The translations under genes and the position numbers were made by a program. A stretch of DNA of 60,190 nucleotides, the filler included, from Thelocarpon superellum (lineage: Eukaryota): assembly GCA_026025795.1 (NCBI GenBank). It is 2 parts of 2 records of this genome, joined end to end, with 100 filler letters (N's around TTAATTAATTAA, not from the genome) between each part and the next. Parts side by side here need not be neighbours in the genome. Positions count along the whole stretch, not along the records: positions 1 to 30,082 come from JAPEUG010000209.1; 1 more part is not named here. One strand, written 5' to 3'. Shown here piece after piece: positions 1 through 12,743 of the stretch. Position 1 is the stretch's first letter. Each line of letters starts with the position of its first letter. The notes under the pieces are model-generated. The model was not told the DNA's origin and made no database searches. It worked only from the letters and a program-made list of their open reading frames with translations.

Positions 1-215
1 CCCCCCCCTTCACCCCACCCCGCCTCCTTTCTTTCGCTCTTTCCTTCAAATAATCCTCATGCTCACATCAGTACCAGTACCGACATATCCATCCCGTGTC
101 TAGCCGCCTCGCCTTTCCTCCTTCCTTCCCCAACCCTCTTCCTCTCCCTCATCCTCACCAGATTCCAAACTCCGCCCACCTTCCACCCATCCACCCACAT
201 GTTCGTCCTCACCAA

Positions 216-2367
<2,152 letters not shown>

Positions 2368-4160
2368 GACGATGGGAACGGCGCCAACGCCGATGACCTC
2401 GGCGGCGGGGGATAACGGTACGTGTGGCGGGCGGAAGGGATCGCGAGGAGGGAGCGCGATGGCGCCGGCCGGGAGCGGAGGGCGCGACACACCGAGGCAG
2501 GCCGTCCCAGGGGAACGGCGACCACGATGAGGGCGGAGGCGCCGGCGACGACGACGACGATGTGCTAGGTCATATGAAGATCGAGGTAGATTAGCAGGGT
2601 CAAGGGCGGTAAGGTACCGAGGATTCGATGACGGTGGCAGGCCAGCGGACGTAGATTGTGACGGCGGATCTCCGGATCAGCGGGACGTTGCTCGGGTGCC
2701 GCACGTTTCTCGGTGGGGGTGATGGTGGCGGTGGTGGTGATCGTCGTCGTCGTAGCAGTGGTAGTGGAGCTGGTCGGGCGCCGGCGAGCAACGCGGACAA
2801 GATGCGACGGCGGCGCTGCCGAGCGCGGGCGGACGATCCGCCGATGGAGTGACAGTGGCCGACAGGACGGGGGTGGACGGGGCGGAGCTGGCGATGATGC
2901 TGATGGCGCGATGCCACGGTCCAACCATCTGCGGCCTTTTGTCACGCTCACAGGTCGACGGTGGTGACGGGTGGCCGACTGGTGGGATGCGCTATTTCAC
3001 CCGGTTCGCCTCGTCCCACGAGCGATGGGCCGGTCGAACACAAGGGCGACGAGGGCGTCGGCGTCGAGCGACCGTTGGGCACACGGGGGGCGGCTGTCCT
3101 CGCTCTGGCGGGAGCGGAGAGGGAACTTGGTGGGGAACCGCGAGGGTACGGCGCACCGCGGCGACTACAGGCGGCGGGCGCCAGCGTCAAGATCTTGGCC
3201 AGCGACCTTAACTAGTTATCGGCGAGGGTCTAGAGGAAACGATGCTGCTCCCAGCTCCCACTACGAGGTCTCCTCCGCCCGGTTCGCTTCCTCATCCGCC
3301 ATCCCGGCTGCACGACGACTCGCGCCGTTCACGGTACGTAGTATCTTTCCGAATCATCCATAGTATGGAGCAAGCAGCACTCTGGCACGGTGATGGCCCG
3401 ACATGAACGCACCCGATGACACTGCTACCCGGCGTGCAGACACGAGTCACGGTTGACAATTGCCGGCACCGTGAGCGATCATCTCCCGTTGAATGAGATT
3501 TGCCGCTTTTTGGTCGACTCACTACAGCCGCCGGAGTCCTGCGTATCTAGGGTGGAGCAGGCATACTTCGTGGAAGCGACGCTGCTCCAGCGCGCGGGCC
3601 TGGGTTCCACGGCCCATCAAGCGTGACTACGAAGGTCTCCCGGCTAGGCCACTCGGACGTGGGATCTGGGCGTGTGCGTGGGCGTGGGCGCGGACGTGGG
3701 CGCGAGCGTGGGCGTGGGATGATGTGCTCTGCCCGTGCTCTACGGCTCCCCCCGGTCGCCTCGCTCGCCAATCACCTTCGCTCCCTCCAACTGTCTAGTA
3801 CGAGTCCCGAGCCAGCCGGTGGGCGTCTGGCGCTTCCACCCCGTCCTTTGGGCGCAGACAACCAGGCCGAATGCTCAGGCACCGAGCAGGATCGGGTAGG
3901 GGTGCAACACAGTCTCCATTGCTTGTCCGGGGTATCCCCAGCCTCGCCAATCACCCTGATCGCGCCCGATGCGAGTGCCGATGCGTGCCTCTCCAACCAG
4001 CTGATGGTGCCTGACCAGAGGGTCGATCCGGCTACGGTAACACGCAGTCGTCCTAACCGGCAGTACCGATGGCGTCGCCAAAGACGCCGCATATGCCTAC
4101 CCTATGCACACCTCCCCAGTTTCTTTCTACCTTCTCTCTTCTCCCTCACCCGTCGTCTCG

Positions 4161-7100
4161 TCATACCCTCATGCTGTTGACCGCCGTCATCCATTTCTGC
4201 TCGTCTTGTCTACATGCCATGTCAGCTCAAGAACAGCAGGATGCCCGCGGCGTTGAAGGGCGACCGGGCGGCACACGTACCGATCAAAGTGTAACAGCAT
4301 GCCAAGCACGGGAATGAGCTGCATCTGATGCTTCTTGTCTCGCTGCTCGAGGAACTGGAGGAGCACATTTTTCAGATAGACGTAGTCCATGTTCCCAGCG
4401 CCCGCCCGACTCGGACTCTCGGCCGAGACCGTCCGGAGCTTGCCCGGCAGCGGCGGACGCGATCCCGACGACTCCGTGGATGAGCGCGATGAGGGACGGG
4501 CTGACTCGACCGCCCGAGGTCGAGCGGCCTTCAATACGCGGAGCTCTTCGGATGCCATCTGCCACGCATGATGTTAGTCGTCGGAGGGGCGCGCTCCCCG
4601 ATGCGTGGGGTGTCGTACCGCCTGGCTCTTCTTCAATCGCTCCAGCTTGCCTTGCGCCTCCTCTAGGTGGCGTCGGAGCTCCATCTTCTGCCGATCTACC
4701 TCGCGCGTCCGCCGCTCGCTCTCGTCGAGGGCGTCACGGAGCTCGCCCATGGCCTGTCGCACCTCGGTGACCTCGGCCGCCGACTGTTGCGCTCGTCGCT
4801 CCAGCTCGTCGCGTCGCCGCGTCCACTCCTGCTCGGCCGCGGCCAGCTCTGACCGGCCCTCCTCGGCGCGCGCCCGCTGGCGTTCGGCGTCGCGCACCTT
4901 GCCCTTGAGCTCTTCCACCTCCCGCGCCCGCTTCCGGCTCATTGTGCGCGCCTCGTCTTCGGCCCGGTCGCGCTCCTCCACGGCCAGCTCCATCTGGCCC
5001 TTGAAATCACGCACCTTGTCCTCGGCGCGGGCCTCGACGTCCGCCAGGAGGCGTCGCATCGTCTCGCCCTCGCGGCTTCGCTCGCTGAGCAGACGATGCG
5101 CGTCGCCCAGCTCCTCTTCGAGACTCTCGCACCGTTCTCGCGCCTCCTTCATCTGCATCGCCATCTCCGCCGTCTGGTCGCGCATGCTAGCCATCAGGCT
5201 CTCCGCGCTGGCATGCTGCGCCGTCTTGAGCTCCATCTCCTCTCGCAGGCCGTGCAGGATGCCTTCAGTCCGAGCGTGCTGCTGTTCCAGCGCCCGCACC
5301 CGGGCCCGGGACGTGCTGGCCTCCTCGCGCGCCTTTGCGAGGTCTCGCTGGACGCTGGCGTGTGCGTCCATGGCGTCTTTGCGCTCAAGCTGCGCCTTTC
5401 GCGCCTCTCGCTCCGCGGCCGCGGCGGCGTCATCGGCCTTGAGTTGATCGACGCGCTGCTGGTTGATCTTGTCCTGGAGGGACTTGACGTCCGCCACACG
5501 CTGCGCCACTTGCTTCTTGAGATCGGCCACCTCGGCGCGGAGGCTCGTCTCGCGGCCCTCGACGCGGGACAGATCCGCCGATCGGGCCGCCAGCTCGTCC
5601 TTGACCACTTTGACTTCAACGGCTTCGGCGCGCAACGCGGCCACCTCGGGCTGAGCTTTTTGGAGCACGTCGCGCAACTCCGTCACGTCCTTGAATCGCG
5701 CCGTGGCCAGATGCTGTGCGGCCGACAGATCCGTCTGCAGCGTACTGATGCGGCGCTGGAGCTTCTCCATCTCCACCGCGACGTCTGGCACCGTCCCGTC
5801 CAATGGAGGCGGGGACGCCCGGTCGGGACCCTCGTCGTGGCTGGGGGTGGCTTCGAGCTCGCGGATGCGCTGCTCGAGCGTCGAGTGCGCAGCCTCCATC
5901 TCTTTGATCCTCTCCTTGGCCACCACGTGATCCTGCCCCACGTGGATGAGGTCGTCGCGCAGAGACTCAATCTCCTCTTGCAACTCCTCCTCGGACTTTC
6001 GGCGTGCTTCAAGCTTCTTCACCTCGTTGTCTCGTGCCCCCAACTGCGCGCGTAGCGACTGACGCTCCTCCTCGAGCTTGGCGATGGTCTGTTTCGAGCC
6101 GTCGGCCTGGTCGGCTGGGGCTCGCTCATGGGCATCCGGCGCTGCAGATCCCGTTGCTCCCTCGCCCAAGGTCGGAGCCTTCTCCATGCTGCCAGTGGGA
6201 GATGCTTGAGCGGGCGGTGCGGACCGGCGCAACGATTCATGGGCCGCGTCCAGCTCCGCTCGCATCCGATTTGACTCCTGCTCGAGCGCCGCGCGCAACT
6301 CTCGCGTCTCACGCTCGTGCCGCTCGCGGCCATCGCGGAGGGTGTTGAGCTCTCGCGTCGCGCTCTCTAGGCTCTGGACCATGCCCTCGGTCGACTCGCG
6401 TGCCACGGCCAGATCGCCCTTGAGCGAGGTGACCTCGGCCCGCAGTCGACGAATGTGTGCGTCTCGCTCGTGCACCTCAGCTTCGAGACGGGGCAGCTCG
6501 CTTTCGTAGGAGAAGAAGTCCTCGCTCTCTACGTCATCCTTGGCCTCCGGTGGGAGCCCTTTGGGGGAAAACGGCGACTTGGTCAAGACGGAGAGGATTG
6601 GCGATGTGATGGAGGAGGAGGAGGGCTTCTGACGGGGCTCGTCCGGATCCTGCGATCGATCGCCATTGACACGGGGGGCCGATGTCTCCGACCGTGGCTC
6701 GCCCGCGCCCTCCCGCTGTTCACGAAGCGCGTCCCAGGCTTCTCGTGCGCTCTTCTCCGCCTCCACCAACTGCTGTTTCTGCACGTCACGGTCGGCGGCG
6801 ACGCGTTTCAGCTCGTCCATGACCAGATCTCCCTTTAGCGTGATCTGATTGAGGTACTCCACAAGGGCGCCGGGGTCGTCGATGGAGGTGAGGGGCGTGT
6901 GCTCGCGTAGAGAGGCCTCAAAGGGCTCGATGGAGCGACCGCGGGCATGCGCGACACGATAGGACTTGAGAAGCTCGTGGTATCGGGCTTCCACCTTCTC
7001 CAGCTTTCGCAGCTTCACGCGCACCTCGGTCGGGTATCCGGCGGTGCCCGGCTTTGATGCGGCCTCGGCCGCCAGCGCCGGCGCAGGTGCAGACGCAGGT

Positions 7101-7563
7101 ACAGGGACCGACGGAGGTACCGGTGTGATCGAGGCTGTGCTTGTGGTGCTGGCTTCGGTGGCGTCGGGCGTATTTCCTGCTGCAAGGGCGCGTTCCTGGT
7201 GCGCGGCATCTTCGGGCTTGGCTGTTGCGCTGGCCTCCGAGAGGGGGGTACCGGATGTGCCGGACACATCGACGTCGTCGATCACAAAGGCGGCCTCGAA
7301 GACGGAAGGATCAGGTTCCTTTGCAAAGGCGTCATGATCCACCCTCTCCGGCTCCTTGGCCGCCCTGCCATGTCGTTTCGAGGGTGAACCGGGCCGGGGT
7401 AGACGTCGCGTCGACGAGCTCGAACGCGATGGGCTGGTGGGGAGAGCCTTTTGTCGAGCTTGCTCTTCGGCAATGGCATCGATCGCACCTTTGAGGCGCT
7501 GTGCCAACATCAGCCTTGAGCGCGAGCAGATGGCGAATGTTCACGCTCGCTCACCTGGAACAT
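4161..7563 (-). CDS. IMH1: GRIP-domain coiled-coil golgin (Imh1-like)
   Basis: Micro first exon MFQ (ATG 7563), long heptad coiled coil (4574-7510), C-terminal GRIP motif MDYVYLKNVLLQFLEQRDKKHQMQLIPVLGMLLHFD. Last exon QDEQKWMTAVNSMRV* ends at 4161. Confidence 0.88.
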
Positions 7564-7820
7564 GCTGCCAGCTCCGGGCACGGGATCGACGGTCCGAGCC
7601 GAGTCCCTGCTGTTTCTAAGCCCGATCCTGCATCGGTTTCGTCATGGTCATGATCATGAAGCATGCAGGTCATGAGCAGGAGTCGTTAGCGATGCGACGG
7701 TCCTGAGGATATCCAAGGACGTCCGCTCGTTGCCGTCCGCAATATCCGACCCTTCAGGCTTCAGGCTTCAGGGTCTAACCGATGGATGGCCCGTGGCCCT
7801 TTGTCGCGGGCGAGACATGG

Positions 7821-7911
7821 GCAGCTGGAGCGCGCAGCAGTAGCGAGCAGCTGTAGCGAGCAGCAGTAGCGAGCAGCTGTAGCGAGCAGCTGTAGCGAGC
7901 AGCTGTAGCCG
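7821..7911. repeat. 13-bp minisatellite GCAGC(T/A)GTAGCGA x ~7
   Basis: Units start at 7821, 7834, 7847, 7860, 7873, 7886 and 7899; the first and last are slightly degenerate. Confidence 0.95.
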
Positions 7912-8253
7912 ATACAAGTCGGATTGACTTACAGCTCTTCCTCGTACTCGTACGCGTGCGAGAAGTCATATGTTCCTCGAAGTCCTCCACCTCTATGCTC
8001 CAGGCCGCCTAACCGACCGAGAGCGAGGCCCCGCCGGCCGCCACGGCCGCCGCGACGCTCGACAGCCACTCGCCTCGAACACAATCCGATCATCACTAGT
8101 GCGCAGCTATAGCTACCATGGTCGTGATGAAGAATAGAGTCATTGATTGCGGTCAACTGTATCTGATGAATCGCCGACCGAAAGTACTGTCGAAGCAATC
8201 CTCCCAGCCGCACCCTGACCCTCCCCATCACCCACCGCCCATCGCCAATTCGC

Positions 8254-11200
8254 CTATGCAGGCATCGCGCCAATCACCTCGTGGTCTTCCCAGGTCCGGG
8301 GCGGCGCCGTACGTGTCGCTGCATCACCACGGCCCGGTCCATCTCCCTGGCTTCCACCCACGGCCAAGGCGTCCTGGAAGAGCTCGCTGTTCTCGATTGG
8401 CGTATCGCCGGTGATGCGGCCGATGATCTGCCATGCCCGCCGGAACTCGTCGCGGATGGCCACGATCCCGTTGTGGGTGACGGTGCGGGCGATGTTGTGG
8501 TCGATCTCAAAGGGGTCTTCGATGGCGAAAAGGTAGCGGTGCCGCACTTCCTTGACTCGCTGGCCCGGCTGCGTGGGCGCCGTCACCGTCGTCTTAGCCC
8601 CCGTCCAGCCCTTGGTCTGTTTGCTCAAGATGCCGCCCGGCGTCCGCAGCGAGAGCACGTCCATCGACCACGAGAATCCGTGCGCGAACGCGTGTGGGCC
8701 TTGTCGGGCGTAGTAGTCAAAGAAGCCGAGGAGCAGGAGACCCACCGACTGCTGATTCTGAGTGAGCCGGCCTTGACTCGCCAGCTGCTGGATCGCGGAT
8801 TCGTCGCGCCAGAAGCGCACGTCGTAGCCCTCCTCCGTCGTCGGCTCGTCGTGCCGTCGTCGCTGCGCCGCCTCGGGAGGGAGCGCGTGCCAGGCCTGCT
8901 GCAGGTTGATCGCGACCGGGGGTTGGGCGATGTTCACCAGGAAGTGGAGCACCATCAGCACGTAGCCGTACGATGAAAGCGTGCCGTGATATGGGCTGTT
9001 GATCTGCCGACGCTTGGCCCACGCCTTGACAAACAGCACCATAGGACGGACGCGCGGGTCACTCTGCGCGTAGCAACGGAGTAAGAGGGTGTTGTGCAGT
9101 GCCAGATGGTTGGAGAAGTTGACGTCCGACTGAATACCCACCCCGCTCTTGGGGAATTCGAGGTGATCGCCATGTCGTTCCCGGAGCTGCGGTACCGGCG
9201 GCTGGCACGCACGCACCGCCGACTGAAATTCTTCTGCGAGCGCCGCGGGCATCCCGCTGGCTCCATCGCGGCGGATGAATCGTGCATACTGCTCGACCAC
9301 GGCGCGGTCGGCCTCGGACATGTCCCGGTGCCGGTTCCCTGACGAGAGCCGGCGCACCTGGCATTCTGCATGATGCTGTGCATACGCCTCGGACAAGGCC
9401 GGTCTCACGCCGACACGCGACGCGAGACTCTCACGCACGTGCACACGAGTCTCGTCGCGCAGGCCCTGAACATACTGCTCCACCACGGCCTGCAAAACCT
9501 CCGTCTCGGCCGGTGAGAGGAGCGCCCTATTCGCGTCGCGGTCGCGGCCGCCGAGGGCCCGGAGCAAGGAGCAGGTGCGTAGGTAGTACGCTTTGGGCGT
9601 CTCATCCTTCTGCTCCGCGAGGAGGCCGAGATTCGCCGACGGCAGCTCCTTCAGTCGATCCCAGGATCGGTGCAGTGATCGCTCAAAGTTCCCCACATCC
9701 GAGCCGACGTGGTCCTGGAGGTGACGCCATTGACTGACCAGCATTTCGCCTTGCCGCTCCTTGTCATCCGTCGCTTCGCGGAGTCGTCGCGTCGCCCATG
9801 AGAGGACGATCCGCTCTCCCTCGGCTTGCGACCACACGCTGGCGAGCGAGCGGGAATACATCTCGAGATCCATTGAGCGAACCTTTTGCAGACGACGACG
9901 GAGCGTGTCATCTTGGAGGCCGTCAACCCACGCGCGCACGACCTGCGCCAGCATGAAACGCCGTTGCTCGGCCTTGCCCGGTGAAGGATCTGTACCTCCC
10001 CGTCCCTCCACCCAGTTGCGTGTGCGGCGAAAGTAGGTTGTTAGCGTCTCTTGAGCACCCTGGGAGCATGTGAAGAGCGTTTCATCCGTCGAGGAGGGAT
10101 TCGTAGTGCCATTCACAGTCACGACCTCTTTCACCCCGTCAGATTTCCCGTCAGATTTCCCGTCAGGCGTCTTCGTAGCGGCGGCGCCGGCGCCGGCGCC
10201 GGCTGCGGCCGCCGCCGCCTCCTCACGAATGCTCTTTTCCCAATCGTCCCGCTCTGCTTTCAAGTCGTCCATGAGGTCAGTGGGGGGTGTCTCACACAGC
10301 TTGATGATGGGTACTCTGGTCTTGGTCAACAGCCGGGCCCCGTAGCCAAGGTCCAAGAAGGCCTTCTCGAGGATCCGGGGGATGGGCGACAACGGGGAGG
10401 AGGGTGGTGGGTGAGAGTGCGGCGAGAGGAGTGCAAGGTCCATGTCCGACGACTTGGTCGCGAAGCCCGAGCTCAAGCTCCCGAAACTCTTCAGCTCGAT
10501 GGTGCGCGCATCGAACGAGTCCGTGGCGGCGCGAGCCTTCTCGTGTGCAAGGATGGCGCGTCGACACGCCTCTTCCAATACCGCTCGAAATGCTTCGATC
10601 CGCTCTTGGTCACCACGGTCCATCGCGGCGAGTCGTACCTCCTGACGAGCCAGCGCTTCGAGATAGTTGGCTTGTCGTTGCGCAAGAGGCCCTGGGCCCG
10701 CTCGCTCGTTCCGCGGATGATACAAGGACTGACGTGAAGGGGGCGGGCGAGTAGAGATAGCGGCACCCTGCGTCATCCGTCCTTGATCTGCTGGCATCGC
10801 TTGGCCATATTGATGGCGGGGTGGCGGTTGGACGTGTGGCTGAACAGGGGCTGTGGGGGCCGCGCCTTGCCGTGTCCACGGCTGCTGCTGGCCCGCTCGC
10901 GGATTCGCCTGGTTCGAGCGCGTAACCGGTGGCTTTCGCGTGACCCCTGGGCCTTGGGCCATGGGCGAGTGTGAACCGAGAGGGATAGTCTGATTCGTAT
11001 TCATCTGTCGTCGCTGTGCTTGGTTCATTCGTTTGCGTGGCTGCTGGCTCTTGGGCGTGTCGGCGCCGGCTTGGGCTTGGGCGCCTGTCGGGGTTGCGAC
11101 CGGCCGATTCTGGGCAAGGTATGCATTCTGATCGGCTTGAGATGCCATCCGCATATGGGGAGGCAGTGAGACTGGAGGGGATGGTCCGTCCGCCTTCGAC

Positions 11201-11607
11201 GGGGTGGCGGAGGTAGCTTCCGGCACCGCGTGCCCGGCATTCTTGAGAATCATGTTCCGCAGTCGGCGCTCAAGGTCCCCCGCATCCTCAGATACAGGTC
11301 GCTCACCAGCGTGTGCCTGAAGACCCGGCCCAGCTGGTTGCCGACCGTCCATGGATGGATGCCGCAGGAGACCGTGGGCGGGAAAACTCTCGTGGCCAAC
11401 CTGCGAGCCAGGTGCATGCGCGTAAGGAGGGCCGCCCATAGGGCCTTGCATCTGGTGAAATGGAGGTGTCATCACACCTGGAGGAGGGACTGTCGTCGGC
11501 CCCAATGGCGTGTTCCAATGTTGTAGAGGCGAGGCGTTCTGGCCGCGTGACTGGATGTCAAAATCAGGGCCGGCCGGGGATGATGGCGCGTGTGGATGGT
11601 CGTCCAT
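8254..11607 (-). CDS. Non-canonical nucleotidyltransferase, Cid1/Cid13/CutA-type terminal uridylyltransferase (Pol beta fold plus PAP-associated domain), single exon
   Basis: SFGSLSSGFATKSSDMDL (hG[GS]...DxD), TRVPIIKLCE, GIQSDVNFSN (third Asp), GTLSSYGYVLMVLHFL and nucleotide-recognition loop AIEDPFEIDHNIARTV with the His typical of UTP-specific Cid1 enzymes. First ATG at 11607; the ORF track uses the upstream GTG at 11664. Confidence 0.92.
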   Translation of the reverse strand: MDDHPHAPSSPAGPDFDIQSRGQNASPLQHWNTPLGPTTVPPPGVMTPPFHQMQGPMGGPPYAHAPGSQVGHESFPAHGLLRHPSMDGRQPAGPGLQAHAGERPVSEDAGDLERRLRNMILKNAGHAVPEATSATPSKADGPSPPVSLPPHMRMASQADQNAYLAQNRPVATPTGAQAQAGADTPKSQQPRKRMNQAQRRQMNTNQTIPLGSHSPMAQGPGVTRKPPVTRSNQANPRAGQQQPWTRQGAAPTAPVQPHVQPPPRHQYGQAMPADQGRMTQGAAISTRPPPSRQSLYHPRNERAGPGPLAQRQANYLEALARQEVRLAAMDRGDQERIEAFRAVLEEACRRAILAHEKARAATDSFDARTIELKSFGSLSSGFATKSSDMDLALLSPHSHPPPSSPLSPIPRILEKAFLDLGYGARLLTKTRVPIIKLCETPPTDLMDDLKAERDDWEKSIREEAAAAAAGAGAGAAATKTPDGKSDGKSDGVKEVVTVNGTTNPSSTDETLFTCSQGAQETLTTYFRRTRNWVEGRGGTDPSPGKAEQRRFMLAQVVRAWVDGLQDDTLRRRLQKVRSMDLEMYSRSLASVWSQAEGERIVLSWATRRLREATDDKERQGEMLVSQWRHLQDHVGSDVGNFERSLHRSWDRLKELPSANLGLLAEQKDETPKAYYLRTCSLLRALGGRDRDANRALLSPAETEVLQAVVEQYVQGLRDETRVHVRESLASRVGVRPALSEAYAQHHAECQVRRLSSGNRHRDMSEADRAVVEQYARFIRRDGASGMPAALAEEFQSAVRACQPPVPQLRERHGDHLEFPKSGVGIQSDVNFSNHLALHNTLLLRCYAQSDPRVRPMVLFVKAWAKRRQINSPYHGTLSSYGYVLMVLHFLVNIAQPPVAINLQQAWHALPPEAAQRRRHDEPTTEEGYDVRFWRDESAIQQLASQGRLTQNQQSVGLLLLGFFDYYARQGPHAFAHGFSWSMDVLSLRTPGGILSKQTKGWTGAKTTVTAPTQPGQRVKEVRHRYLFAIEDPFEIDHNIARTVTHNGIVAIRDEFRRAWQIIGRITGDTPIENSELFQDALAVGGSQGDGPGRGDAATRTAPPRTWEDHEVIGAMPA

Positions 11608-12743
11608 CGTGAGAGTGGCGCCGTGACGCGAATCCCCGCCGATAATCTTTACTTGCCGTGGCACTCGGGAGTAGATACCTCAACAGTTGAAGATCTATGC
11701 ACACTGATCATAGCGAACGCATGGCCTTGTACCTACAGGTCATAGGCAGAGCTGTTGCGCAGCTGTCACGCAGTTGGAGCGTGCAGTGCAGATGGAAAGG
11801 GCTAATCGAGCAAGAAGGGCAACACTCAAAGGCACACATCTGCTGACCACGGCTCATGCTACGATCAGGCCGACTCAGAGAGTTGTAGAGGATTGTGAGT
11901 TGTGAGGCAGACAGACTTCCATGGGGGATGTTGTGTGAGGCGAGAGATGAAGAGCTTCTGCACTCGAGTGTCATTCTTCACAGCCAAGACTGGCTACCAG
12001 TGTTAATGCATCTGACCCAACATGGAATGCCTCCTTCCTGTGTCTGGTCTAGGAGAATTCGGGAAGTGACAGATCCTGACCAGCGGTGGATTGGGTGAAC
12101 ATTGGTGCCCTTTTTGCCATTGCGACTCGAGGTCGACCATGAATCTATAAATGAAGTGCTTATGTAATTAGGCATGAGCTCTCGCACTCAATTAATGTTC
12201 TTATTATTGGCAGCTCAGGCGGCAGTACGGGTACCCAAGCCCAAGTGGGATTAGCGCAGGCGCCTTCGGCACCTCATACTCATACTATGCCGCCATCGTC
12301 AATTGCCCATGGCCGACGGCCTTCACTATTGTCCTTCATCCTCCCACCGCCATCACTCAACAATGCCTGTCCTGGCTTGTGTCTCCTCCCACATCTCTTT
12401 CGCTAGATGATTGGCGCCGCCCTTTGGTCACCCGGCTCCTCGTCTTTTGCTCTCCCTTTGCCACCCTAGACCTCGTTCATCCACACCGACGCACCGCGCC
12501 TTGGCCACCTGGTCTCCGCCACAGCTTTCTTTGTCTTATCCGACAGCGCTGGAACCAGAGTCAACAGGAATCAGAGTGATATTGCTTACAGCTGTGGACG
12601 CAGACGATATTACAGCATCCCCGACGTGTTGTGGCATGTGTTCCATCGACGTCGATACCGCATGAACAGCTCGCGCCTCGTCGCGCTCTCATCTACCCCT
12701 TGCGCCACATCACCACATCTTCACCACGCAATCTCACATCGAA

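Noticed and set aside
4605..6055. Long antisense ORFs (280-330 aa) opposite IMH1, and similar ones opposite TFG1, UFD2 and the TUTase
   Set aside because: Shadow ORFs expected from GC3-rich coding sequence; no recognisable motifs.
7821..7911. Repeat array considered as a CRISPR
   Set aside because: Direct tandem units without spacers, eukaryotic context, no cas genes.
8123..8166. GTGATGA...CTGA as a box C/D snoRNA
   Set aside because: Only about 44 nt and no recognisable rRNA guide.
11700..12250. Lower-GC stretch between the TUTase and TFG1 as a transposon remnant
   Set aside because: No terminal repeats or transposase/RT motifs visible; more likely divergent promoter and UTR sequence.
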